The notes below the pieces were generated by a model. That model was not told the origin of the DNA, searched no databases, and saw only the letters and a program-made list of their open reading frames with translations. 64,000 bases of DNA from assembly GCA_052327205.1 (NCBI GenBank), contig CM126217.1, positions 21,948,001 to 22,012,000 of the forward strand. Reading direction: 5' to 3'. Source of the stretch: Somniosus microcephalus (lineage: Eukaryota). The translations under genes and the position numbers were made by a program. This document shows, one piece after another, positions 38,665 to 51,332 of this stretch; the first letter of the stretch is position 1, and the number at the start of each line of letters is the position of its first letter.

Positions 38665-38747
38665 GTAGACTGTTGAACTAACAACCGAGACAACAGGAGC
38701 ATATCCCCTTGGAAATTGATGCCACCCTCTTTGAACCAGAGCTGAGA
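38665..38747 (+). other. 5' UTR part of the first coding exon (exon 38665-38802)
   Basis: Acceptor TTTATGCTCTGTTATTTTACAG/G. An in-frame TAA lies upstream of the ATG. Confidence 0.65.
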
Positions 38748-38802
38748 ATGTGGTTCCTGTTCAGTCATTTTTTTGCATTGTCATTCATTTGCTGCTTGGC
38801 AG
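38748..38802 (+). CDS. Signal-peptide exon of a secreted or cell-surface protein, probably contactin family (paralog unresolved)
   Basis: ATG...GCA G/GTAAGT gives 18 codons plus 1 nt (phase 1), MWFLFSHFFALSFICCLA, with a hydrophobic core and a C-L-A cleavage motif. It is ungapped against recalled human CNTN1 (MWLLVSHLVIISITTCLA, 9/18) and CNTN3/CNTN4 (LSFIGCLG, QSFILCLA). Confidence 0.7.
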
Positions 38803-40727
38803 GTAAGTTGAGCGTTGGGCATGACACTGACGTGAAGGGTTTTCTGCTGCTCCCCTTGGCATGATTTCAGATGCAAAGCACTTCAAGGTCAGGACTGAAA
38901 TTTCATGAAAGATTAATCTTTGCACTTACAGCTTCCGTTAATCAGCGATCGCGGCATTCTTGAAGTATGAAGATGGACGAATGACTGTGATCTTCGATGC
39001 CGATGAGCAACAGTCAGATGAAACAAAAAGAAAAGGCACTGGGGCTGATACAAAACCTAACCTTCGTTTGTCTCCCTGAGCAGTTGAATCCCATGAGTTC
39101 CTGTCTACTTTGTGCCAAGTCTATAATTTCACATTGCACCGAACTCTTTTAAGAGTATTTTTAATGTGGATGAAAGTAGTGCTTTTATGAAGTTTTATGG
39201 ATTGATGTCTGACTGATAACTTGCAGATCTATCCTGTTTATGGACATAAGTTAGTGTTTGCCAAGTGCCTCCATGAGGTAATGGGTCATTATAATTTCGT
39301 ATAGACTAGCTTGATTCCCTGATGACCATGCAGCATAGTTCTTAAAAGGACATTGCAAAACAGAAAGGTGGTCATTTACTTCTAACTGCCGTTGTGTGCT
39401 GGTACAAAGAACACATCAATTATAGATGGAAAGATGCACCAGGTCTTGCAAAGCTGAAACGTTCAATTTGATAGGAGCTATAACCAGGCATATCACAGCA
39501 AAGCATCACCAGCTGGCACTTTGAAGGTGCTGCGAATCTGTTACTTCATTCCCAGCTGTCATCTTGAGGCCAGCATCTACTCACTGAATTCTAAAAATGT
39601 TTAGCAAGAAAAATTGTGCTGGGGGGGGTTCAGTCCTTAACGCCAAGCTTTTCCTTCACAAAGTGACTTCAGTGAAGGGTAGTTCTTGCTGCCGTTTGTT
39701 TCAAGCCAGGAAAAAGACCATGGAGTGAATGCAACTTACAGTAAAGGTGGATGTGATTTATTCTCGGCTCATCTTTCAAACTGCATCAGCAACCTTAATG
39801 ACCAGTATTAGCCACTTGCATGGAGGAAAAAGAAAAAGAAATTAAACATTATTGTATCAGCACAAAAAATGTAAATCTAGGATGGACGACATATAGTTGG
39901 GGTATTTAAGTGTCTGGCGTATAAAGTATGTTGGATCCTGCTGAATATTGCCACTATTCTCCCATTGACCAAGTGTAGACTCTTAACTACACAGGGAAAT
40001 ATTTATTGTCATATGTACGTCTTGATGGTAAATGGGATGTAAATTCAGTGGAAAAACAAAACCATGTTAGTTGGCATTGAAGCCTATCCAGAAACCACTG
40101 ATATATTTGACAGATTTTGACTAAACAAGTATTGTCTTCTGGCTGCCCATAACAGGCAGTCCATTGTGGGAAGGCTGTTGTGAACTCAAGATGTGCAGGC
40201 ACAATAAAGCCAAAGGACTATCCATTTTCATGCAAAGCGTCCCGCTTATTTCTAGATTGTTCCTTTTTTGGTGTAAAATGATTATCGTTTGCCATAGCTG
40301 CACTGCCATTCCCAAGTCTCCGACAGAACGGGACTGTCACTGGCTGGAGCCAGAGATGCTCTCCATGCAGCCAGCATTAAGCAACAGCCAAGCCCGCTAG
40401 ATCAAGAGATGTCCCGATACGGATTTGCGTGCAGACAGTCGTATTCCATGTAGTTTCCTGTTGAATGTCTTCAAGTTGTAATTTCTCAAATAACTTCTTA
40501 GCAGTATATCCGTTAAATGGAGCGACTTGTATTTACTTGCTTGACTGTAATCTTTAAACTTGGATTTCTATTATAAATTCCCGTAGAGGTGCAGAGACAA
40601 CTGGTGCCATGCTATGAGTCGCTATATAATGATGTGTGTGACGCATTAAAAGATGACTGGAGGAATAGGCGTGGATGATTTGGCTGGAAGTCACAACTGC
40701 TCAGGAAATTGCATTCTCAGCGATTCA

Positions 40728-40988
40728 AGTTGGTGGCCGTGCTTTCTGTTGCTTAGACCCTAAGCTCTGGAATTCCCTGCCTAAACCTCTCCGCCTCGCT
40801 ACCTCTCTTTCCTCCTTTAAGACGCTCCTTAAAACCTACCTCTTTGACCAAGCTTTTGGTCACCTGCCCTAATTTCTCCTTATGTGGCTCGGTGTCAAAT
40901 TTTTTGTCTTATAATGCTCCTATGAAGCGCCTTGGGACGTTTTATTACATTAAATTAAAGGCTCTATATAAATACAAGTTGTTGTTGG
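40728..40988 (+). mobile_element. L2 LINE 3' end
   Basis: GGRAFCCLDPKLWNSLPKPLR...FKTLLKTYLF-type C-terminus. The tail is AAGCGCCTTGGGACG...CTATATAAATACAAG(TTG)n. Confidence 0.88.
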
Positions 40989-42487
40989 ATGTTGCAAGAC
41001 TTAATCCAAAGAAGAAAGCATGCAGCAGTTAATGAAAAGATCATGCTGACTAACGCTTGATGCATTTAAGATTTCAGTATCAATTCTTCCAGGTCTTTCA
41101 CATCAGCTAACACGTGTTTGATTTTCTAAAAATCTTAATGCAATATGTCTCATGGCTGTCAAAAGTAATTATAATTACTGTAAAAGTCCCCATATCAGTT
41201 TTGGATGTGTAGAATAGGATTATGTGTGCCTGTAATCTGTAGAAGGTTTTGGTCCTTTGGGTGCTTTCTTGACATATAACCACATTGAAATGCTGTACTT
41301 GTGTTTCTGCAGAAGGAGGAACATTTGTATATCAGCATGACGTGTGTGAGAACATCCAATCTTAATGTATCCGTCCTTACTGTAATATGTTTGTAAAAAT
41401 GCAGCTGGGCATTGTACATTAACTAGTAAGCTGATAAACTGATGATCTGTACAGTTACCACAACATTGGTTGTGACTATTTTAAGGATTGAAGTATTTTT
41501 ATAACTTGGAACGTCCATGTGATAAACCTTTCCGGGAGTAACTAATTTCATGGAGATTTGCAGACTCATTTGGAAGAATCTAAATTTGGTTAAAGCAGGA
41601 CCAGTTTGCATTAGGTTGTGCCTGCTCCTTTCGGTAAATGTTAATGCACATTTGCACAGGGACACCATGACCCCTTGAATGTGTGGTACGCCATTTTGTT
41701 CCTCAACACAAGAGTTCTTTTCCTTCCGATGGATGTCAGCAATTGGAAGTGACTATGTTAAATTCTGCTTCTGTGGTTTACATTGTTCTTTCATGGTGGC
41801 TTTATGGGATATGTGCTTTTTTGTTGGTGAGCATGCTTCTGAGCTCCCAGCGGTCTTGTTCTAACACATTACCAAGTCCTTGGGGGGTCCACTGGAGAGT
41901 CATCCTCTCTTGCATGCTCTCTGTATTAAATGAGAACTTGAATTCTGGAGCCCCTGATGCAAAATGTAATGGTGTTCAACTGTACAACATAGCACTTATT
42001 GGCATTTACTGAGTGGAATTTTCTGTCACTTGTCTGTGGCCAAATATATATATTAAGTTATACCAAGGATAAGATACAGCATGAATTACTGTACTTAAGT
42101 AGACTTTCTCACATGCTGTTGATGAGCTGATAGATTCAGCTCAGCCACAGAACAAATCTTATTCTAATACGTTCAGAACATTAAGGCAAATATAAGCACA
42201 AACCCATCATCGCCTGTGTGCAAACAGCTACAAGTAAATGATTCAGAGAATTCCTCCTTGTAGCTTAACTTGCAAGCTAAAAAATGCCCATGTTAAAGGG
42301 AACCCACTAATTCTGAATTGTGTTGTGGGGTAAAAGGTTTTCCTTTGCGCCCAGCTGTGCAGGATTGCTGGGTTGAGAAACAAAGTGCAGGGCAGTCATT
42401 CTAGTCAACAATGTGCAGACCTTATTATTGGAAAATTGTGCTGATCACTGTGTGTAGGAGCACTGAAAATATTTTCAAAAACATAAT

Positions 42488-42990
42488 GGCCCACATTTTG
42501 CTGGAGTGAGGCATCTCTCAGCGTGTCCCGTTAGTTAGACTTGTTCGTGCATGTTTAGGTTTCAAAATCTTTTGCCCACAAAGTTGCTGGGAGCGCGAGC
42601 TGATAACAGCGCAGTGAGGGCAATAGAGCATCTGGGATCTTGGTGAACAACGGGACAAACAGTGTATCTCCTTAACCAATGGAATTAAAGGATTGAGAAA
42701 TAAACAGAGGAAGGACTAAGAAATAGGGTGAATTAGAGTGGGTGAATTCCATGTCAAATCAGGTACAGGAAGAGAAATAAAGAGAGGGAAAGAAAGATTG
42801 GATTAAGAGAGAGAGCAAAAAAGAGACAGGAAAAATAAGAGAAAAATAATTAAAATTTTAAACATGAAATTTAAAAAATCTCCAAACACAATTCACAACC
42901 TGAAGGAATGAGCTCACTTTTAATTGTTCACTTTCTGGGCAAGAGTTAATTGGCAGTCATTAACAATTATCATGTTATTAAAAGTGTACT
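42488..42990. mobile_element. Truncated copy of the 24696 MITE family
   Basis: Starts GGCCCACATTTTGC and is colinear with 24696-25140 (AAGTTGCTGGGAG..GAGCTGATAAC, GGTGAATTC.ATGTCAAATCAGGTACAG). Confidence 0.85.
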
Positions 42991-44992
42991 TTTCCACCAA
43001 GGAGTGGAGTATCAATGCAAAAATATTTTATATCATTAGAGGAGCTTGCATCAAGAGCCATGTTGAGCTATACAGATGTTACCATAGTGGTTAGAGCACT
43101 TAACAAGCCAGCAGTTGGCGACATCAAATTTCAGGCTCAAATTCAATCGTCAGGAGCATTCTCTATTCTTAACACTGGTGTAACAGCTACCTGCAGACTT
43201 TACTTGAGGAGAAGAGTGAATCTTAGATCGTTCCCCTTTTGCAGGAAGACAGTGGGCATGTGGTACCAAGTTATTGAACTGATCAGTTTAGTTGGTAATT
43301 GCGAATAGCACAACCCCACTTTACCAACTAAGCAATAATGTACATGTATTGGAGAAACGAAGGGTAGGTCAGTGGCTTGGCTTTCTGTAATGCTGTCTGC
43401 ACAAGTAGAAACTTATTGCTGTTCAGTCATATCTTGAACACAGTGAGGAAAAGCACTCCTTCGATGTTGAAAACAGTGCTTGGTTTATTTGGAGACAAGA
43501 CCGTGCTACTTACAATCCATTTCATAAAGGACTCAACAATCTGACGAGAATACAAGATATTTTGTGCTTCCTGCAGTTGTTCGCCATTAAGGAAACCCAT
43601 TGAAAGGCGTGCAGCATACAGTGACTTAACATGCAGGTTACCGGATGATGCATTTCCATGTGACTTGTTTGTAAACCAAAAGATAAAAGGTTTACAAGAG
43701 TTTTTTGTGTGAAGATAATGTTCCTATTTACGTTCTGTGTCATTGGGCTGCTTTACCATTTCTTTGTAGCAATTGCTTCCTATCAACCACCTACTGTGTA
43801 CCCAGTGGAAATTGTGCATTTGGCCTACAATCACGTACTTGGTGATTCATCGCACACTTTCTGCACAAATCACTGTCATTGCTTAGGAAGCTTTTACTGA
43901 AACAGTTGTTTGCTTCAGGTTATCACTCGTCTGTCTCAGGACATCATATACAGAAACCTACTCCCCTGTTAGGGAGCGTCTGCCATTTGCGACATGCAGC
44001 ACAAGGTGGCTGCTTGGGTAGTACCTTCCAGGTCCCACAATCGTGTCTCAAATGGACAAAATTATTCAATTCTGTGTGACCTTCAGATGGAAAGACAGAA
44101 TATGATAACTGGAACGGTTGGACTGAAGATGATCCTGTGGTTCAAGATAGAGGAGATCTTGCCATGTGCCTATTGGACTTTTGTTTACTGGACATCTGAT
44201 TAAGGGAAGTTACCTTGGGATAGAACACTCTCGTTTGAGCAAAGAGATGATTTATTGAGGATATTGACCACCTTTTTGTCTTGTGACTGTAAACGATAGA
44301 CTATCCTCTGTAAGAAATCAAACAGATGGCAATACTATGTGATATTCCTTCTGTCTGTGGATAATTAATAGGTGTCTGTGCCTCTTGCTGTTTCATTCTT
44401 CTGAAATCAACAACTTGCAGTTTACAGAAGTTAGTGAGCAGTGCTAAAGCATGAATTTCTGGGTGAATAATTCTGTTTGTTGATAGCATGATAGCTTCTT
44501 CACATCCATGTGGTTCAGTCATCAGTTTCACTACCTTAGCTATCCTCAGCATAACGGTATGTTCTTTTGATGGCTGCAGATAGGCACTTTGCCTATCATA
44601 TTTAAGCCATTTAATATTTTCTATACTCTAATGCAGTTCTCTTCCTCCACCACCGCCCCCCCCCCCTTCCCTTAACTGTCATCTCCCCAGTCTTATCTGA
44701 CGAGTTAGCACAGGGTCGGCATTAGATCTCGAGCAGCATGGTGACATCTGCACAGAGTCAGTCAAAGTCTCGTGCTGATGCGTACGCTGTTTCACGGTGT
44801 TTCTTTTCAAAATATCAGACCTCTACTCACCAGCTTCCTGAAGCTGCCTTGATGTGAATTTACAATTAACAGCCAACTCTACGCCAAGACCCAAATGAAG
44901 ATGGATCCTCAGTGCTTGGACAGTTCACCAACAGAAAACTGACACTTGGGCAAATCATGGTATTGATACACATCCCCATCTTCGTGAATTCA

Positions 44993-45098
44993 ATAATAAA
45001 AACAGAAAATGCTGGAGATACTCAGCAGGTCAGGCAGCATCTGTGAAGAGAGAAACAGAGTTAATGTTTCAGGTCGATGACCTTTCGTCAGAACTGGC
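44993..45098 (-). mobile_element. Penelope-type terminal repeat fragment
   Basis: Same repeat as 21458-21550, which adjoins Penelope coding sequence. A further remnant lies near 55985-56025. Confidence 0.75.
45059..45095 (-). ncRNA. Minimal type I hammerhead ribozyme motif
   Basis: The minus strand reads AGUU CUGACGA A AGGUC-AUC-GACCU GAAA CA UU AACU. Both core boxes, a 5-bp helix II and a 4-bp helix I are present. Confidence 0.65.
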
Positions 45099-45594
45099 AA
45101 CATTTTCATGAATTCACTGTTGCCTTTACCTGATCTTGCCGCTGTTATATAGTAGTCCTAACTTTGCAGATTGGTAGAGTAAATGAGGTAGCCTCTGGAG
45201 GCTGTATGAACATACCCGAGGAGTTGTTTGTATTGGAGGGCCATGATACCAGTGTAAAGAATACCACCGTAGGAATGGGTAGCCATCGTGTCTGGCTGTC
45301 CGTGGGCTGGACAGTGATTATTCGCTGTCCTATGTGAACCTCCTAAAGTCTTGATGGGGAAGCTAAGGCTCAATGCTGGCTCAATGAAGAACTCAGACTT
45401 GAAAAGTACCTGCATGGCTGGTTGGTTTACAGATTGTGCCCTGCAATAGTGACAACAAAATGGCCAAAGCAACAGGAGTACAATTAGAGGGCGGGTTCTT
45501 GAAGTCATTTTGCAACATAAAGACACTGTTACCACATTTTGTCCGAAACCATACACCACAGGCAGGAAAAGTGAAATCCAGTACAGCAAATTGG

Positions 45595-46620
45595 TGTGGG
45601 GGTTGGGAGTGCTGGGGTTGGGGGAGCTGGGGTTGGGAGAACCGGAATTTAAAGTCAGGATGTTGATGGTGCCGGCGTTGGAAATGGGGTGGGGGGTTTG
45701 GGAGTGGGGAGGTTGGGGGCAATGGAGCCGGGTTGGGATTGGGGATGCCAGGATTGGGATTGGGGGGATTGGGATTGGGGATGCCAGGGTTGGGATTGGG
45801 GGTGCCAGGATTGGGATTGGGGTGCTGGGATTGGGATTGGGAGTGCCGGGATTGGGGGTGCCGTGGTTGGGATTAGGGTATTGGGATTGGGGGTGCCAGG
45901 GTTCGGATTGGGGGTGCCAGGATTGGGATTGGGGGTATTGGGATTGGGGGTGCCGGGATTTGGATTGGGAGTGCCAGGATTGGGATTGGGAGTGCCGGGG
46001 TTGGGATTGGGGGTGCCGGGGTTGGGATTGGGGGTGCTGGGATTTGGATTGGGAGTGCCGGGATTGGGATTGGGAGTGCCGGGGTTGGGATTGGGGGTGC
46101 CGGGTTGGGATTGGGAGTGCCGGGATTGGGATTGGGAGTGTCGGGGTTGGGATTGAGGTATTGGGATTGGGTGTGCTGGGGTTGGGATTGGGGGTGCCAG
46201 GGTTGGGATTGGGGTGCCGGGATTGGGATTGGGTTTGCTGGGGTTGGGATTGGGGGTGCTGGGATTGGGGGTGCCAGGGTTGGGATTGGGGTGCTGGGAT
46301 TGGGCTTGGATGTGCCGGGATTGGGATTGGGGATGCCAGGGTTGGGATTGGGGTGCTGGGATTGGGGTGCCGGGTATTGGGTATTGGGATTGGGGGTGCC
46401 AGGGTTGGGACTGGGGGTGTCGGGATTGCAATTGGGGTTGCCAGGGTTGGGATTGGGGTGCCGGGTATTGGGGGTGCCAGGATTGGGATTGGGGGTGCCA
46501 GGGTTGGGATTGGGGTGCCAGGTTTGGGATTGGGTGTGCTGGGATTGGGATTGGGGGTGCCGGGGTTGGGATTGGGGGTGCCAGGGTTGGGATTGGGATT
46601 GGGGGTGCCGGGGTTGGGAG
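45595..46620. repeat. G-rich irregular tandem repeat (GGGATT / GGGGGTGCC units)
   Basis: Read directly; G3-G5 runs recur every few bases for about 1 kb. Confidence 0.95.
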
Positions 46621-47809
46621 TATATGTGGGGGTAAATGACAAATCAAAAATTTGGAATGCAGAAAATTCCTACCTGAGCTTTTCTTAGTCAAATCTTGAG
46701 AACTTATACTGTTTCAAAGAGATTTTAGCTTTAAATCTCTTCATTTACATTCTAATCATACCAGTAAAAATTTAAATCCATGCAAACACGAGGTCTTTGG
46801 TGGGTCTGATGCAGGACTTAGTCACATGAATCTTTCTACTTGGCCGTTCATTAACTTATGTTAATACATTGAAGCAACTTATTCCATAAGCACGATTGTA
46901 TCTCAACTATTTTTAATTTAAATTGCAAGGAAAGAAGTTTTCTTCTATTTTCTGTGATGGTTATACGTAAGTAATAGCATGTAAATATGTTTGAATCACA
47001 ACTTTGAAAATCAGGATTGAATTCAAAAATATATTTAATACCATCCAACAGGAGCAAGAAAATACTTCTTGCGCCATTTTAGGTGGTACCTTCTATCTTG
47101 TTGCTGTGAAGCTCTTGGTAAAACCTCAGGTAATAGTTATTTTTCCCCTCGGATTCTAAAACGTTGCCATTGCTGGATAGATTTCCCAGCTGCTGGTACC
47201 CTCTATATTCTAAATGAATCCTGGATCCTTATTTCCTTGTGTCCAAGGACTCAATCCTGTGCTTGTCAGTTGGCCAATAACCAATGAATGACCCTCCTGC
47301 TTTGGATGGCTCCCAAGATGGCACACCTGGCAGTGGACATATGGAACCAAGTCAACCCTCTGTGGCAGGCTTGGTCATGTGATACCTGAACCAGATAGCC
47401 CAGGCACTGTTAATGATTGGCTAGCCAGCCAACTTGCTAATGGGAGCTGGATGGGTTGGTCTTCCAATGGCGGGGTGTGGGGGCAGGATTCTCCTTACAC
47501 TGTTCCAAGCAACTGCACGAACGAGTAGGATGGTCCTAGCTGGACAGGTAGCATGAAGCATTTATGGTACAGTACATGGTTTTAGCTGGTTAAACTCCAG
47601 TGGCATATCTGTGTGTCCTTGGGAGTCCCTTGGCTTTGGCTCTCTGCACTTGGGTCAATGGGATACATCCGAACGGGCACAGCGTGCACTCCATATTGGG
47701 CAAGCAGATTTCTCAGTAGTTCACTTTGGAAAACCTTATGGTGATGGCTTTCTGCATGTGTCAAAAACTCAGATGACCAAAGGATATTCTATACCTAGAG
47801 AATAAGCTT

Positions 47810-48290
47810 GATTCTCCTCTGAGTCAGAATGTCATGGGTTCAAGTCCCGCTCGAGAACGTGACAACTGATTGAGGCTGACACTCATCTCGGGGAGTGCTG
47901 CATTGTCAGAGATGCCATCTTTTGGATGTAAAATCGAGGCCGCACCTGCCTGTTCCTATGATACAGGTAGATAGGAAGAGAGCAGGGAGTCTAAGCCAAC
48001 ATCCCTCCCTCAACCACGGTCAAAAATGGATAAATTGGTTATTACCTTCACCACACGGACTGCAGCGGTTCATAAGGCAGCTCACCACCACCTTCTCAAG
48101 GGCAATTAGGGATGGGCAATAAATGCTGGCCTTGCCAGCGACGCCCATATCCCATGAACGAATAAAAAAAAATTAACTTTTTTGTGGGATCTTGCTGTGT
48201 GCAAATAGGCTGTACATTTGTGCAAAGAATAGCTGCTCCACTTCTTAATTAATTCATTGCATGTCCTGAGGAATGTCATAAAGAGCTATG
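47810..48290 (+). mobile_element. Diverged Deu-SINE carrying an inserted LINE tail (48044-48172)
   Basis: Head CCTCTGAGTCAGAA..GGGTTCAAGTCCC; the 3' part TTTGTGGGATCTTGCTGTGTGCAAA resumes after the insert. The insert matches 55396-55526. Confidence 0.7.
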
Positions 48291-49294
48291 TAAAGTCCTC
48301 AATTTCCTTCCTACTACACATAAGCAGTGAAAGATTAAGCAATGTCATAGAACAGCTGCAAATGATTCCACGGTTGTAACCTAAGAGAAAGGGCCAAATC
48401 ATCTAAACTCGAGTTTAGATTACTGCTTGAAAGACTTATCGAAAAGTATTTTTAAACGATGTACAAATCAATACTATGTCACGCTAAAGGTTTGTCAGTT
48501 CATTCTCTCTGGTTTATTGGTGAGAGATGTCGGTGGTGCTTGCTGGGAGGTATGGGCTGTGGTTGAGGGAGGGATCGAGCTGGGGCTGCAGCTGGCTGTG
48601 GAGTGATGAGTGGTGGATCGAGGGGCCACAGCATGCTGACAGAAAGCAACGTGAAAGGGTTGATGCTCCACCAGTGCCACACTTTGAGTCTTTTGTGCTG
48701 TCCTCTCCTCTGCCACACACACCCACTGGCCTTGAGTTCTCCCATTGCTCTTGTGGCTACCAGTATTGGTTTATACCCTCCCCCACCCCCAAAAAAAACA
48801 ACATGACAGCAGCGGCCAATGTTCTCCTCACAGCACCTGATCTCCTCGGCAACAGTACGGAGTATCATGAATTAATGATTTTGAAAATTTCAGCTCAGGA
48901 TTGTAGATCATTTACATTTTGGAATGAAGTAAAGACTGCAATTAAGTCTTTGGGCTTGTGCTGACATTGGTGATACATTCAAACTCAGTGCTCAGCATTT
49001 ACGTCATCTGTTTGATTTGTGGCCTTGTGACATTGCTCGTGCTGCTTCCCATTAGTTCTAGCTGTCCTTTCTCCTGTGCAGTGATCTCTCACCCAGTGTT
49101 CTCCCAACACCATCCTTGTCTTAATCTCTGGTTCTTGTGGCAAAAGTGGGCACTGGCAAAACTTGGCAAGCCTGATCAGTGAAGTGCAAAAGGCAAGACC
49201 TTTGCACAATCTAAAAAGATAACTGTGTGGGTCAGACACAGACACAGACACGGACTGGACTTTATGAAGCCATGAGGTCCCCAGATCAATTCAT

Positions 49295-49820
49295 ACAATT
49301 ATGCAGCACAGTAGGAGGCCATTCGGCTCATCGTGTCTGTGCCGGCTCTTTGAAAGAGCTGTCCAATTAGTCCCACTCCCCTGCTCTTTCCCCAGAGCCC
49401 TCCAAATGTCTCCTTTTCAAGTATGTATCCAGTTTCCTTTTGAAAGTTATTATTGAATCGTTCAGGCAGTGAATTCCAGATCAAAGAAAGAAAGACTTGC
49501 ATTTATATAGCGCCTTTCTCGACCACCGGACGTCTCAAAGCGCTTGACATCCCATGAAGTACTTTTGAAGTGGAGTCACTGTTGTAATGTGGGAAACACG
49601 GCAGCCAATCTGCGCACAGCAAGCTCCCAGAAACAGCAATGTGATAATGACCAGATAATCTGTTTTTTTGTTTGCAACTCACTGCGTAAAAAAAAATAAG
49701 TCTGCATCTCCCACCTGGATTTTTTGCCAATTATCTTAAATCTGTGACCTCTGGTTACCGACCCTCCTGCCAGTAGAAATATTTTCTCCTCATCTACTCT
49801 ATCAAAACCCCTCTTAACCA
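49295..49820 (-). mobile_element. CR1 3' fragment interrupted by a Deu-SINE 3' half (49483-49670)
   Basis: CR1 tail at 49295-49482; CR1 resumes at 49671 (GGSVTRGHRFKIIGK). The insert matches 52912-53095. Confidence 0.85.
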
Positions 49821-51260
49821 CTCAATTCAGTGTTAAAATTCTCCTCAGCACGTATATGGTTTGATATATACAGAAGGTATATTTAGCAGCAATTTGACGG
49901 AAAATTAGACCATGTGCCGTATAGTGCAGAAACTATTACCCACTGTTAGTTGGATGCTAAAGTCCATCTTATCACTCATTTTTGGCAGTGCTACCAAGTC
50001 AAGGAGAATTGCTCTCAATGGCCAGCAGGGAAGATATAAGGAAAATAAATTCCTCTTGATTTCTTCAAATCAAATGTTCCAATAAATGATTTGGTGAAAG
50101 CTATTTTAATTATCGGGCATTATGTAAGCAGCGGTCTCTCTGTTAGATGGATCCACCTCATTTCCATGGAGATGGTCAGATCTTCCCCTGCCAGCGGTCG
50201 GAAGTGCCCTTAAATGATTGAAGAATGTGCAAGGCAATACTTTAGCGGTCACCATTCCAGCTTGGGTTGCTTCTCCAACTCCAACTCATTCTTCCTCAGG
50301 ACCAAGGAACTCATTGCCACCGTCAGTCTTTCCTTCCTCCTGTGGAATTCGAGCTTTTAAAACCCAGGCTTGATGTCACCAGATCACAATCTTCTGATTC
50401 ACCACATCGTGTCTCCTCCTCTTTTCGAACTCGAGTCTGTCTTGCACTGGGGACCTTGGTCGCTCACTTTGGTTTCGTAATTTAAAATAAAAAGAAATCA
50501 GGGATTTGTGCAGGCTAATTGGACATTTAGAAAACAGTAACTTGTCCAGTTCTTGGGAATTGTGAATGTGTTTGTGTTCCAATTGATTTTTATGGACTTA
50601 AAATAAGACCTTACACCCAAGAGTTAGCTTGATGTACAACCGTAGGTGAGGTGTGTGTCCCCAATACATTGGCTTGATTGACTGTGAATTGTAGAGGTTG
50701 AGTACTGAGGCAGAGTTGCCCAGATTTGACTCGAGAAGTTGCTGGTTCAAAAAAACCACAAAGCAGACCTGCCAACTCTTGAGGCTTGGAAGAAATGCCT
50801 ATTGTTAGAATACTGGCAAAAGGCTTGACGAGCAGTCAAACAGTGGCACACTGGGAGCATTTAAAGCCCCGTGGAAAATCTCGCCTTTCTCTTCGGTGGT
50901 GGATATCTTTCCATACCAATGGCGTTGTCACCAGGAACCCCCCACAAACCCCCCCCCCCCTCCCCCCAAACAAAAAAAATGCTTTCTGTTCAGATTTGGA
51001 GAACAAAGTGTTCCTGCCAAATAAATGTCTTGAAGGCTCTGTGTTGTCCTGCGCGGGAGGAGGAGGGGTCATGTTGTTATGCCACTGTTGGAATGGCTTA
51101 GAATTAGCCCAGGCTGTTCAGAATAGTGACGCATTGTTTTTGACATGGTGGTAGCAGATGAGTGAGTGAGTGCGATGGGTTGGAGTGATCTATCACCATT
51201 TACTAATTGGAGTTTCTCCTTTGCAAGAAAAGTAGATGGCACAGGGGTTGTATTGCTATT

Positions 51261-51314
51261 AGAAACTGTACTGAATGATGAGCTATGAGAACCAGTACTG
51301 AATGATGAGCTATC
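51261..51314. repeat. 27-bp tandem duplication
   Basis: AGAAACTGTACTGAATGATGAGCTATG followed by AGAACCAGTACTGAATGATGAGCTATC. Confidence 0.85.
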
Positions 51315-51332
51315 AGCAAGACAAAACAAAGC

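Noticed and set aside
45158-46692. Pro/Asn- or Gly-rich proteins; interstitial telomere
   Set aside because: All six frames are open because of low complexity. The unit is GGGATT, not the vertebrate GGGTTA.
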